From positions 1 through 18,311 of the forward strand of contig CAZAPD010000101.1 in NCBI GenBank assembly GCA_964487115.1: a stretch of 18,311 bases of DNA, in the 5' to 3' direction. The translations under genes were made by a program, and so were the position numbers. This DNA is from an uncultured Thermococci archaeon (GTDB taxonomy: Archaea > Methanobacteriota_B > Thermococci > Thermococcales > Thermococcaceae). Within the stretch, counting starts at the first letter, position 1; every line of letters starts with the position of its first letter. Shown one piece after another: positions 7,175 through 14,304 of this stretch. The notes beneath the pieces are model-generated. The model was given only the letters and a program-made list of their open reading frames with translations, did no database searches and was not told the DNA's origin.

Positions 7175-7543
7175 ATGAAGGGTGTAGAAAGTCCGCTCGG
7201 GATGCATGTTATCCTCGACCTCTACGAATGCGATCCCGCTATTCTGGACAACATAGAAGAGATAGAGAGAATCTTAACAGAAGCCGCTGAAGTGGCGAAC
7301 TCCACAATTATTGATAAGCGTTTCCATAAATTTTCCCCGCAGGGTGTTTCTGGGGCTGTTATCGTTTCTGAAAGCCACATCACAATTCACACATGGCCAG
7401 AGCATAGATATGCATCAGTTGATGTTTACACCTGCGGAGATCATACGATGCCCCTTAAGGCAAGTGAGTATATAATTCGAGAGCTAAGGTGCAAACGGCC
7501 TGCTCTGGTTAAAGTTGACAGGGGTTTGCTCTTCAGAGAGTGA
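7175..7543 (+). CDS. speD: S-adenosylmethionine decarboxylase proenzyme (class 1B)
   Basis: GMHVILDLYEC, HKFSPQGVSG, SESHITIHTWPE (Glu-Ser cleavage) and DVYTCG. Start moved to ATG 7175 after the SD GGAGGTGA at 7162-7169; the ORF track starts at 7130. Confidence 0.92.
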   Translation: MKGVESPLGMHVILDLYECDPAILDNIEEIERILTEAAEVANSTIIDKRFHKFSPQGVSGAVIVSESHITIHTWPEHRYASVDVYTCGDHTMPLKASEYIIRELRCKRPALVKVDRGLLFRE

Positions 7544-7585
7544 AGTTTTTAAGCTCTCCCTCTTTTTCCCAAACAGGTGATGCTC

Positions 7586-8434
7586 ATGGGATTTAACGAT
7601 AAAGAAAGAGCCTTTATTGAGTGGTATCCGAGAGGTTATGGTGTTGGATTTAAGGTCAAAGAGAGGCTTTTTGAGATTCAAACTAAATACCAGAGGCTTG
7701 AACTTTATGAAACCGAAGGATTCGGAAAACTCCTTGTCTTAGATGGTACTGTCCAGCTTGTTGAGATTGGAGAGGAAAGCTACCACGAGCCCCTTGTCCA
7801 CCCTGTTATGCTCGCCCACCCCAATCCAAAAAGTGTTCTTGTTATCGGTGGAGGCGATGGAGGTACTCTGAGGGAAGTCCTTAAACATAAAACAGTGGAG
7901 AAGGTTGTAATGGTCGAGATTGACGACGCTGTTATTGAAGTTTCTAAACTTTACCTGAATATAGACAGAGGTGCCTTTGATGACCCAAGAGCGAAGGTTA
8001 TTGTGGGAGATGGTGTTGAGTATATCAAAAATGCCAAGGAAAAGTTCGATGTGGTCATCATAGACTCAACCGATCCTGTTGGTCCTGCGAGGATGCTGTT
8101 TTCCGAAGAGTTCTATAAAAATGTGTATAACGCTCTGGATGAAAAAGGATTAATGATAACTCAAGCTGGCAGTGTTTATCTCTTCACCAACGAGCTTTTA
8201 GATGCACACAGAGAGATGAAGAAAGTTTTTGAGAGGGTTTATTACTTCAGCTTCCCGGTTATTGGCTACGCCTCACCATGGAGCTTTCTTGTTGGAATTA
8301 AAGGGAGCATAGATTTTACAAAAGTCGACCTGAAAAGAGCCGAAAGTTTAAACTTGACATACTATGATCCAGAAAGACATGAAGCTCTCTTCCAGATGCC
8401 AAAGTACATTAGAGAACTTCTCGAAGGAAGTTAA
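7586..8434 (+). CDS. speE: Polyamine aminopropyltransferase (spermidine synthase family; probably acts on agmatine)
   Basis: [38 protein letters not shown]. Start ATG 7586 after AGGTGA. The agmatine preference is inferred from the known Thermococcales aminopropylagmatine route. Confidence 0.95.
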   Translation: MGFNDKERAFIEWYPRGYGVGFKVKERLFEIQTKYQRLELYETEGFGKLLVLDGTVQLVEIGEESYHEPLVHPVMLAHPNPKSVLVIGGGDGGTLREVLKHKTVEKVVMVEIDDAVIEVSKLYLNIDRGAFDDPRAKVIVGDGVEYIKNAKEKFDVVIIDSTDPVGPARMLFSEEFYKNVYNALDEKGLMITQAGSVYLFTNELLDAHREMKKVFERVYYFSFPVIGYASPWSFLVGIKGSIDFTKVDLKRAESLNLTYYDPERHEALFQMPKYIRELLEGS

Positions 8435-8754
8435 AGCATTCCCTTTGCCTCTTTTTCGAAGCTTTTTATAATTTCCTCCATTTTCGAGAGGAGGGAATCC
8501 AGAGCATCTTTTGGTGCTCTTGAACGGTAGATGTATCCCAACCATCCCCTGTTTATGAGCTCTCGCTCAATTAACCCAAGCTCAAGGAGGTGTTTCAGCT
8601 TTTCCCTGACGATTCTCTCAGATAGCCCAAGTTTTTTTGATATCTGCCTCGGTGTGAGCTGTTCCCTACGAAGGAGAGAGTATATTCTTATCTCGGAGCT
8701 TGTGAGTTCAAATTTCTCAATTGCCATGGACAGCGTTTTTAAAAGCTCCTCCAT
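8431..8754 (-). CDS. TrmB-like winged-HTH transcriptional regulator (DNA-binding domain only)
   Basis: [12 protein letters not shown]...[32 protein letters not shown]...YIY; C-terminal amphipathic helix. Start ATG 8754 or GTG 8763. Confidence 0.88.
   Translation of the reverse strand: MEELLKTLSMAIEKFELTSSEIRIYSLLRREQLTPRQISKKLGLSERIVREKLKHLLELGLIERELINRGWLGYIYRSRAPKDALDSLLSKMEEIIKSFEKEAKGML
8441..8469 (+). terminator. Possible oligo-T terminator for the polyamine cluster
   Basis: CCCTTTGCCTCTTTTTCGAAGCTTTTTAT just after the speE stop, inside the convergent gene. Confidence 0.35.
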
Positions 8755-8802
8755 CTCAACCACTTATGAAATTTTTTCTTCATACCTGTTCACATTTTTG
8801 TG

Positions 8803-8822
8803 GAAAGGTTTATAAACCTTTC
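8803..8822. promoter_or_regulatory. Perfect 20-bp palindrome, bidirectional BRE-TATA
   Basis: GAAAGGTTTATAAACCTTTC is its own reverse complement, so it reads GAAAGG-TTTATAAA on both strands between divergent genes. Confidence 0.8.
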
Positions 8823-8845
8823 AGAAGATGTTCAGTGGTGGTGCG

Positions 8846-9640
8846 ATGTTACGAGCAATGCTCAGAAATACAAGAATAATCGACGGCAGGTCTTTCATTG
8901 GAATGGGGCTCCTCGGTCTTGCTATGAATATCAGAAATTTTCCCGATGTTAAAAATGCTTCTATAGTCCTGATTTCCCTCATACTTTATGTTGCATATGC
9001 ATTCTCGCTCAACAACTGTTTTGATGTCGATACTGATGTTCTAAACCCAAGAAAGCGGAGTAAAAATCCCATAGCCAGCGGTGAGCTCAGCTTTAGAGCA
9101 GGAATTATTTTCTCCATGATACTGGCTGTTTCAGGAATTATGCTCGCCTCGCTTCTTGGCAAGGAAGAGTTTCTCATATACCTCTCGATGGTTCTTCTGG
9201 CAACTTTATATTCTGCTCCTCCAAGGCTGAAGGCGCAACCAATACTGGACGTAATTTCACACGGAATATTTTTTGGAATGATACCATTCTTCTATGGAGC
9301 TTGCTTTGATGGAGTATTGACCAGATATGAGGCTGTAATAGGCTTGGCCCTCCTGCTGTACTCTTTTGCTATGGAGCTGAGGAATCACCTTGAGGATTAT
9401 GAGAGTGATATAAAAGCCAGCCTCAGGACAACACCAATCACCATCGGAAAAAGCACATCAGAAAAGCTTGCCGCTATATTTTCCGGACTCTCGATAGCAC
9501 TACTCCTGATTAGCTTCAGCATCCCTTTTGGCGCCCTCGGCATCATGGTTGCAGGAATTAAAGTCAATTATAGAACTCTCGACAGCTTTATGGTCCTCCT
9601 TTTAGCTTTACATGCCATAAGAACATTATCGGGTACATGA
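8846..9640 (+). CDS. UbiA-superfamily intramembrane prenyltransferase
   Basis: NNCFDVDTD (first Asp-rich motif), NPIASG, YSAPPRLK, NHLEDYESD (second motif) and TTPI; about 8 TM helices. Start ATG 8846 after GTGGTGG; the ORF track starts at 8828. Confidence 0.9.
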   Translation: MLRAMLRNTRIIDGRSFIGMGLLGLAMNIRNFPDVKNASIVLISLILYVAYAFSLNNCFDVDTDVLNPRKRSKNPIASGELSFRAGIIFSMILAVSGIMLASLLGKEEFLIYLSMVLLATLYSAPPRLKAQPILDVISHGIFFGMIPFFYGACFDGVLTRYEAVIGLALLLYSFAMELRNHLEDYESDIKASLRTTPITIGKSTSEKLAAIFSGLSIALLLISFSIPFGALGIMVAGIKVNYRTLDSFMVLLLALHAIRTLSGT

Positions 9641-9656
9641 TAACGGGGGGTTGGCA

Positions 9657-10793
9657 GTGAAAATAGCCCTTGTAAGCGACTGGTACTATCCAAAAATCGG
9701 TGGCGTAGCAACACATATGCATCACCTCGCACTGAAGCTTAGGGAGAGGGGGCATGATGTTACCGTTGTGACAAACGGTAGGGAAACCAGCAGGGAAAGA
9801 GAGCTAAAAGAGCTTGGTATTGGACTCATCAAAATTCCCGGAGTGGTGAGTCCAATCCTTGAGGTTAATATCACATACAGTCTCAAATCCACAAAAGAGC
9901 TCAATGAGTTCCTGAAGGACTTCGATGTTATACACTCCCACCATGCCTTCACGCCCTTGGCTTTAAAGGCTGCAAAGGCTGGCAGGAAGATGAAAAAGGC
10001 AAGTGTACTAACAACACACAGCATTTCATTCGCCCACGAGTCAAAACTCTGGGAAGCTCTGGGCCTGACATTTCCCCTATTCAGTAATTACCTCAAATAT
10101 CCCCATAGGATAATTGCAGTCAGCAAAGCTGCCAGAGCATTTATAGAACACTTTACGGAAACTCCCGTGGAAATCATACCAAACGGTGTTGACGATGCAG
10201 TCTTCACTCCGAGAAGGGAAAAGGAGAAGATCAAGGAGAAGTTTGGTATTGAAGGAAAAGTCGTACTGTATGTAAGCAGAATGAGCTATAGAAAAGGACC
10301 ACATGTTCTGCTCAATGCATTTTCCCAGATTGATGATGCAGTTCTCATTATGGTTGGATCTGGAGAGATGTTACCTTTCCTCAGAGCACAGGCAAAATTT
10401 CTGAAAATCGAAAACAGAGTAAAATTTGTAGGCTACGTAAAAAATGAAATACTTCCAGAGATCTTTGGAATGGCAGATGTGTTCGTCCTCCCATCAATAA
10501 CAGCTGAAGCTTTTGGGATCGTAATACTCGAAGCCATGGCTTCAGGCTTACCTGTTGTTGCAACGGACGTTGGAGGAATTCCCGAAATTGTGAAGGAGAG
10601 CAAAAGCGGTTTGCTCGTTCCTCCCGGCAATGAACTTGAACTGAGAAATGCTATTCAAAAGCTCATTCTGGATGATGATCTCAGAGAATTGCTCGGGAGC
10701 AACGGCAGAAAAGCCGTCGAGGAAAGATACTCATGGAACAGAGTTACCGAAAAAATAGAAAAAACTTATGAGGATGTCATCTCAAAAATTTAG
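9657..10793 (+). CDS. GT4 glycosyltransferase, PIG-A/GPI3-like
   Basis: SDWYYPKIGGVATH, IHSH, TTHS, IIPNGVD, SRMSYRKG and EAFGIVILEAMASG (E-x7-E). Start GTG 9657 or TTG 9651. Confidence 0.92.
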   Translation: MKIALVSDWYYPKIGGVATHMHHLALKLRERGHDVTVVTNGRETSRERELKELGIGLIKIPGVVSPILEVNITYSLKSTKELNEFLKDFDVIHSHHAFTPLALKAAKAGRKMKKASVLTTHSISFAHESKLWEALGLTFPLFSNYLKYPHRIIAVSKAARAFIEHFTETPVEIIPNGVDDAVFTPRREKEKIKEKFGIEGKVVLYVSRMSYRKGPHVLLNAFSQIDDAVLIMVGSGEMLPFLRAQAKFLKIENRVKFVGYVKNEILPEIFGMADVFVLPSITAEAFGIVILEAMASGLPVVATDVGGIPEIVKESKSGLLVPPGNELELRNAIQKLILDDDLRELLGSNGRKAVEERYSWNRVTEKIEKTYEDVISKI

Positions 10794-10804
10794 CGGGGAT
10801 TAAA

Positions 10805-11515
10805 GTGCGCATGGAGAACATAACATGGGAGGAGTTCGATAAAATCAGAGAGAGCGTCAACACTGTGATTCTGCCTATTGGGAGTATTGAAGCACACGGA
10901 AGGCATCTGCCCCTCGGCACGGATGTCTTTGCTCCCGTGGAGATAGCAGAGAGAATTGAAGTAAAGCTGAGGGAGAAAGGCACAGAGATTCTAATTGCAC
11001 CTCCGATATGGTATGGGCACAGTTTTGTTCTCAACGTCTTTCCCGGTACCATAAATGTCAAGGCAGACACCCTGAGGAGATATGTGCGTGATATTATAGA
11101 AGAATTTGCAGAGGATGGATTTAGAAAGGTAATCCTGCTGAACGGCCATGGAGGAAACTACTATCCCCTTGTAGAGGCATGTGAGGATGTTGCCGAAGAA
11201 TACGAGGTAGAGATATGGCTCATAAATTGGTGGATAGACTTTAGGGAGGATATACTAAGCATATGTTCCTCCCAAGGGCATGCAGGGGAGGACGAAACCT
11301 CCGTTATCATGGCTATAAAACCAGAGCTCGTCAGGATTGAGAAAGCGGTCGGGGAGAAGAGAACCTCAAAGGTCAGAATAATCAGGAAGGATATTGGCCT
11401 TGAACTCTTTCCTGACGGAGTCAATGACAACCCAAAAGGAGCAACCAAAGAAAAGGGAGAAGCAATTCTGGATGTTATCAGTGAAAAAATCGCCCGTTTA
11501 ATTTTAGAGTCTTAG
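10805..11515 (+). CDS. Creatininase-family metal amidohydrolase
   Basis: PIGSIEAHGRHLPLGTD, NGHGGN and GHAGEDETS provide the full E/H/D/H/E metal-ligand set. Confidence 0.92.
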   Translation: MRMENITWEEFDKIRESVNTVILPIGSIEAHGRHLPLGTDVFAPVEIAERIEVKLREKGTEILIAPPIWYGHSFVLNVFPGTINVKADTLRRYVRDIIEEFAEDGFRKVILLNGHGGNYYPLVEACEDVAEEYEVEIWLINWWIDFREDILSICSSQGHAGEDETSVIMAIKPELVRIEKAVGEKRTSKVRIIRKDIGLELFPDGVNDNPKGATKEKGEAILDVISEKIARLILES

Positions 11516-11528
11516 AGGCGAAGTACCT

Positions 11529-12161
11529 ATGGAAACCGTACTTGAGGAGATAGAAAAAAGAATAAAGCGGCTTGAGGCTGAGATAGAGCTGGCCGAACTA
11601 AGCTTTGAACGTATGGAAAAAAGCTTGAAAGGAGAACAACTGCTTAAAAAAGCCAGTTCGTATTCTTTTTATTATCTTATCTTTATGGTTATATGGATGA
11701 TCGCTGGTTTGCTCTTTCTTGTTGGGCTTAAAAACAGACTGCCCACAACAAGCACTTTTCCTGTTGTTAAGTATGGACTGCTCTTTATTCTGATGTTTCT
11801 CATCCCTGTGGTCTACTTTGTGTGGATAAACAGAGAAACAGAGGAAATAACTACTGGAATAGAGCTCAGAGAAAAATGGGCGAGAACTGTAATCACTCGA
11901 TTTTATATTCCCCTGAGAGAGGCTTTGGAAAAAGGAGATGAGGCAAAACTTGCAGAGCTTGCAGATTCCCTTCTTGAGAATATGGAGCTCGCACAGGCTG
12001 TTGAGAAGGTTCATGAGGGGGATCCGAAGATAATGGCCTATGCCCTTTACCTCTACATTCGACGCTCCCCTGAACTGAAAAATGAGATCAGAGAAGTCTC
12101 GGAGAGAATTACAAATAAACCCCTAAAAAAACTCCTTCTGTTGGCTATGAAAGATTTATAA
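11529..12161 (+). CDS. Hypothetical membrane protein (N-terminal coiled coil, 2 TM helices, soluble helical C-terminus)
   Basis: 210-aa ORF 13 nt after the creatininase gene; heptad pattern LEEIEKRIKRLEAEIE; two hydrophobic segments. Confidence 0.8.
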   Translation: METVLEEIEKRIKRLEAEIELAELSFERMEKSLKGEQLLKKASSYSFYYLIFMVIWMIAGLLFLVGLKNRLPTTSTFPVVKYGLLFILMFLIPVVYFVWINRETEEITTGIELREKWARTVITRFYIPLREALEKGDEAKLAELADSLLENMELAQAVEKVHEGDPKIMAYALYLYIRRSPELKNEIREVSERITNKPLKKLLLLAMKDL

Positions 12162-12163
12162 CA
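12150..12163 (+). promoter_or_regulatory. Putative BRE-TATA for the gene at 12194
   Basis: GAAAGA-TTTATAAC overlaps the upstream stop codon, about 30 nt before SD GGTGGG / ATG 12194. Confidence 0.6.
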
Positions 12164-12193
12164 ACTTCGTTTTCATCCCCTTATGGTGGGAGT

Positions 12194-13000
12194 ATGAAAT
12201 TTGAGGTTCTAAGCAGGGACGATATGATAGAGCTTTCAAGAGAGCTCAGCAGAGCTGGCATAATGAACAAAACAAAGGAAGAAGTCAGATGGGAGGTACA
12301 GCATTTTATGACAGTCAGAGAGCGCTATTCTGAGCTCGTCAGGATATCAGAAAAGTATCCATTTATCTGGGAGAAGTTGGAGGATATTCGTCAGGCTTTT
12401 GATGCAATCCTCTCAAACTGGAAGCCCGGAGAGGAGAAAAAAGTAGAGGATCTGTTTGACGAAGCCGACATAAACAGGCTTATAGTTCTGACAGCACTAA
12501 TTGAGGGAAGTTATATTGAAAATGAGGAAAAGTTAAAGCTGCTCAAAAAACCTGAACTGGAAGAACTCATTCTTGAGCTTAGATTTCCTGTGGAAGAGAT
12601 TGAAGATCTTGAAGAATTTGAGAGAGAGCTCAATGGCAGTCTTGTAGCGGAATTCACCCTCATGAAGCACTACTATGTTGAAGTGATGGAGATTGAGAAG
12701 GAGCTCATACAGAGGGCTGTTGATATAGCAGAGGACTATGTAACCGAAGAATCCTTAGTTGATGCCCTTTTTGTTGGTATAGCAAAATCTGTGCTGGCTG
12801 ATGTAATACTTCAGCTGGCTGAGGAGAAGAGAAAGAAGAACGAGCTGATAGAGGCACTGCTCTCAAGAGAACCAATAGTGATTGAAGGCAGAAGAGAGAG
12901 AATAAACCTGTATTTTGACGAAGAAGCTATAGAAGACTTCCTAAAGGAACTGCAAGCTCTTGGATATCTTAAAATCAAAGGCAATAGAATATGGCTTTAA
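12194..13000 (+). CDS. Acidic hypothetical protein with possible C-terminal winged-helix-like segment
   Basis: 268-aa ORF with SD; very Glu-rich; ends IEDFLKELQALGYLKIKGNRIWL. Confidence 0.8.
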   Translation: MKFEVLSRDDMIELSRELSRAGIMNKTKEEVRWEVQHFMTVRERYSELVRISEKYPFIWEKLEDIRQAFDAILSNWKPGEEKKVEDLFDEADINRLIVLTALIEGSYIENEEKLKLLKKPELEELILELRFPVEEIEDLEEFERELNGSLVAEFTLMKHYYVEVMEIEKELIQRAVDIAEDYVTEESLVDALFVGIAKSVLADVILQLAEEKRKKNELIEALLSREPIVIEGRRERINLYFDEEAIEDFLKELQALGYLKIKGNRIWL

Positions 13001-13067
13001 GGAATAAGAGAGGAAGAGGGAAAAATCTTAAAAATCAATCCTCAAACTTCCGATGGGGGTGGAAGGG

Positions 13068-13223
13068 ATGGCGGTGCTCAAGGCCATAAAAATCAGAGAC
13101 AGAGATGGGGGGATATACTTCCGCTGCCCAAGATGCGGGATGGTCTTCAAAAAGAGTAAAGACTACATAAGGCATATAAACAGGGCCCACGTCCATCTCT
13201 TCAAAAAGCCTGATGTGAAATGA
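13068..13223 (+). CDS. Small C2H2 zinc-finger protein, 51 aa (not in the ORF track)
   Basis: Translated by hand: [51 protein letters not shown], which contains F-x-C-x2-C-x3-F-x8-H-x4-H. SD GGGGGTGG at 13055-13062; promoter-like GAAAAATCTTAAAA at 13020-13033. Confidence 0.9.
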   Translation: MAVLKAIKIRDRDGGIYFRCPRCGMVFKKSKDYIRHINRAHVHLFKKPDVK

Positions 13224-13255
13224 AGAAAAGCCAAGACACTGGGAGCGGTCGACCT

Positions 13256-14257
13256 TCACTCCCTCATCCTTATCTCCTTTATTAGCCTGACTATGAATGT
13301 CTTACCTACCTTCTCCCTCGATACAAGCTGCTTCTTCTCAAGCTCCTGAATAATGCGGCTTATAGTGGGCCGTGAATATCCCGTGAGCTCGGGGAGATCC
13401 TCCTGTTTAACGATCCCGCCTTTTTCAAGCATTGCCTTTACAACGATTCTCTCTTTCTCAGTCAAAACTTCAATTGGAACCCTGTTTTCTCCCCACTTCT
13501 TCTTCGCCCAGTAGAGAACTATAGGAACGGTTATTGCGAGGGATATTAGGGCACCTATCAGATAGTACCACCATGGAGAAGTTTGCTCTTCCTTCTTTGG
13601 TAGGGTTATCTCAACATTTCTCCCGTACCAGAAGGTTTCATATCCCATGCTCTTGAGCTGTTTTTCCACATTTTCTGACAATCCGGCCCCTATCATGACA
13701 ACCAGAGTCGGTTTGAGCTTTTTCAGGGCAACCACGGTATATTCAGAGACCGTATCATTTCGGGTCAGTAGAAGGGGATAGCCATAGTTCATCGCATATC
13801 TGGCTGCTGCCAATGCAGAGCCATAGTCATTGGCACTTGCCAAGATAACGGTTTCCGAACCCTTAGGGAAGAATGCCTCAGCCAACCTAGCGGCAGTTTC
13901 CGTTCTAACCTCCCCACCAATCCTCTCAGTAATAAAACCTATACTCATAAGCTCGTCTTGAACAGTATCGCTTACAGCCTTGGAGTTTCCAATTATTAGC
14001 ACATGATTCCATCCAAACTGGGCATAGGACTGGAGCTGTGCCTGGGTTTTTATGTCGAGGTTTTTAGGATTAACAGGAAGAATTGGAACACCCAACTTCT
14101 TAGCATAAGGAAGCGCAACAATATAATCAATTAGATCATCATTCCTCACGATTATAAGATCATACTTTTTTTCATCACTCGCGGCATGTGTTGCAGGTAT
14201 CAGCAAGGGAGTGAGCATGAGTGTAACAATCAGGATAATCAAAGGGGCTCTCTTCAA
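13256..14257 (-). CDS. Membrane protein: signal peptide, cell-wall-binding-repeat-2-like domains, TM helix, C-terminal winged HTH
   Basis: Signal peptide ending THA-AS; GVPILPV, ERIGGEVRTETA and GYPLLLT (CWB2-like); TM WWYYLIGALISLAITVPIVLYWA; LTEKERIVV...QEDLPELTGYSRPTISRIIQELEKKQLVSREKVGK. Start TTG 14257 (SD GGTGGT) or 14269. Confidence 0.85.
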   Translation of the reverse strand: MKRAPLIILIVTLMLTPLLIPATHAASDEKKYDLIIVRNDDLIDYIVALPYAKKLGVPILPVNPKNLDIKTQAQLQSYAQFGWNHVLIIGNSKAVSDTVQDELMSIGFITERIGGEVRTETAARLAEAFFPKGSETVILASANDYGSALAAARYAMNYGYPLLLTRNDTVSEYTVVALKKLKPTLVVMIGAGLSENVEKQLKSMGYETFWYGRNVEITLPKKEEQTSPWWYYLIGALISLAITVPIVLYWAKKKWGENRVPIEVLTEKERIVVKAMLEKGGIVKQEDLPELTGYSRPTISRIIQELEKKQLVSREKVGKTFIVRLIKEIRMRE

Positions 14258-14289
14258 TCCGACCACCAAAGAAGAAGTAAAACGAGGAA

Positions 14290-14304
14290 CTTAAAAGGTT
14301 TTTC
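14290..14304 (-). promoter_or_regulatory. Putative BRE-TATA for the CWB2-HTH gene
   Basis: Minus strand reads GAAAAACC-TTTTAAG, abutting the stop codon of the upstream hydrolase. Confidence 0.55.

Noticed and set aside
8846..9640. Naming the UbiA as ubiA, menA or DGGGP synthase
   Set aside because: The motifs support only the superfamily; a phylogeny is needed, and no quinone-pathway genes are nearby.
10805..11515. True creatininase, mycofactocin MftE or riboflavin-pathway ArfB
   Set aside because: No creatine-catabolism, mft or rib genes in the window; only a family-level call is supported.
13035..13259. 74-aa minus-strand ORF
   Set aside because: Antisense shadow of the C2H2 zinc-finger gene, which has the motif, SD and promoter.
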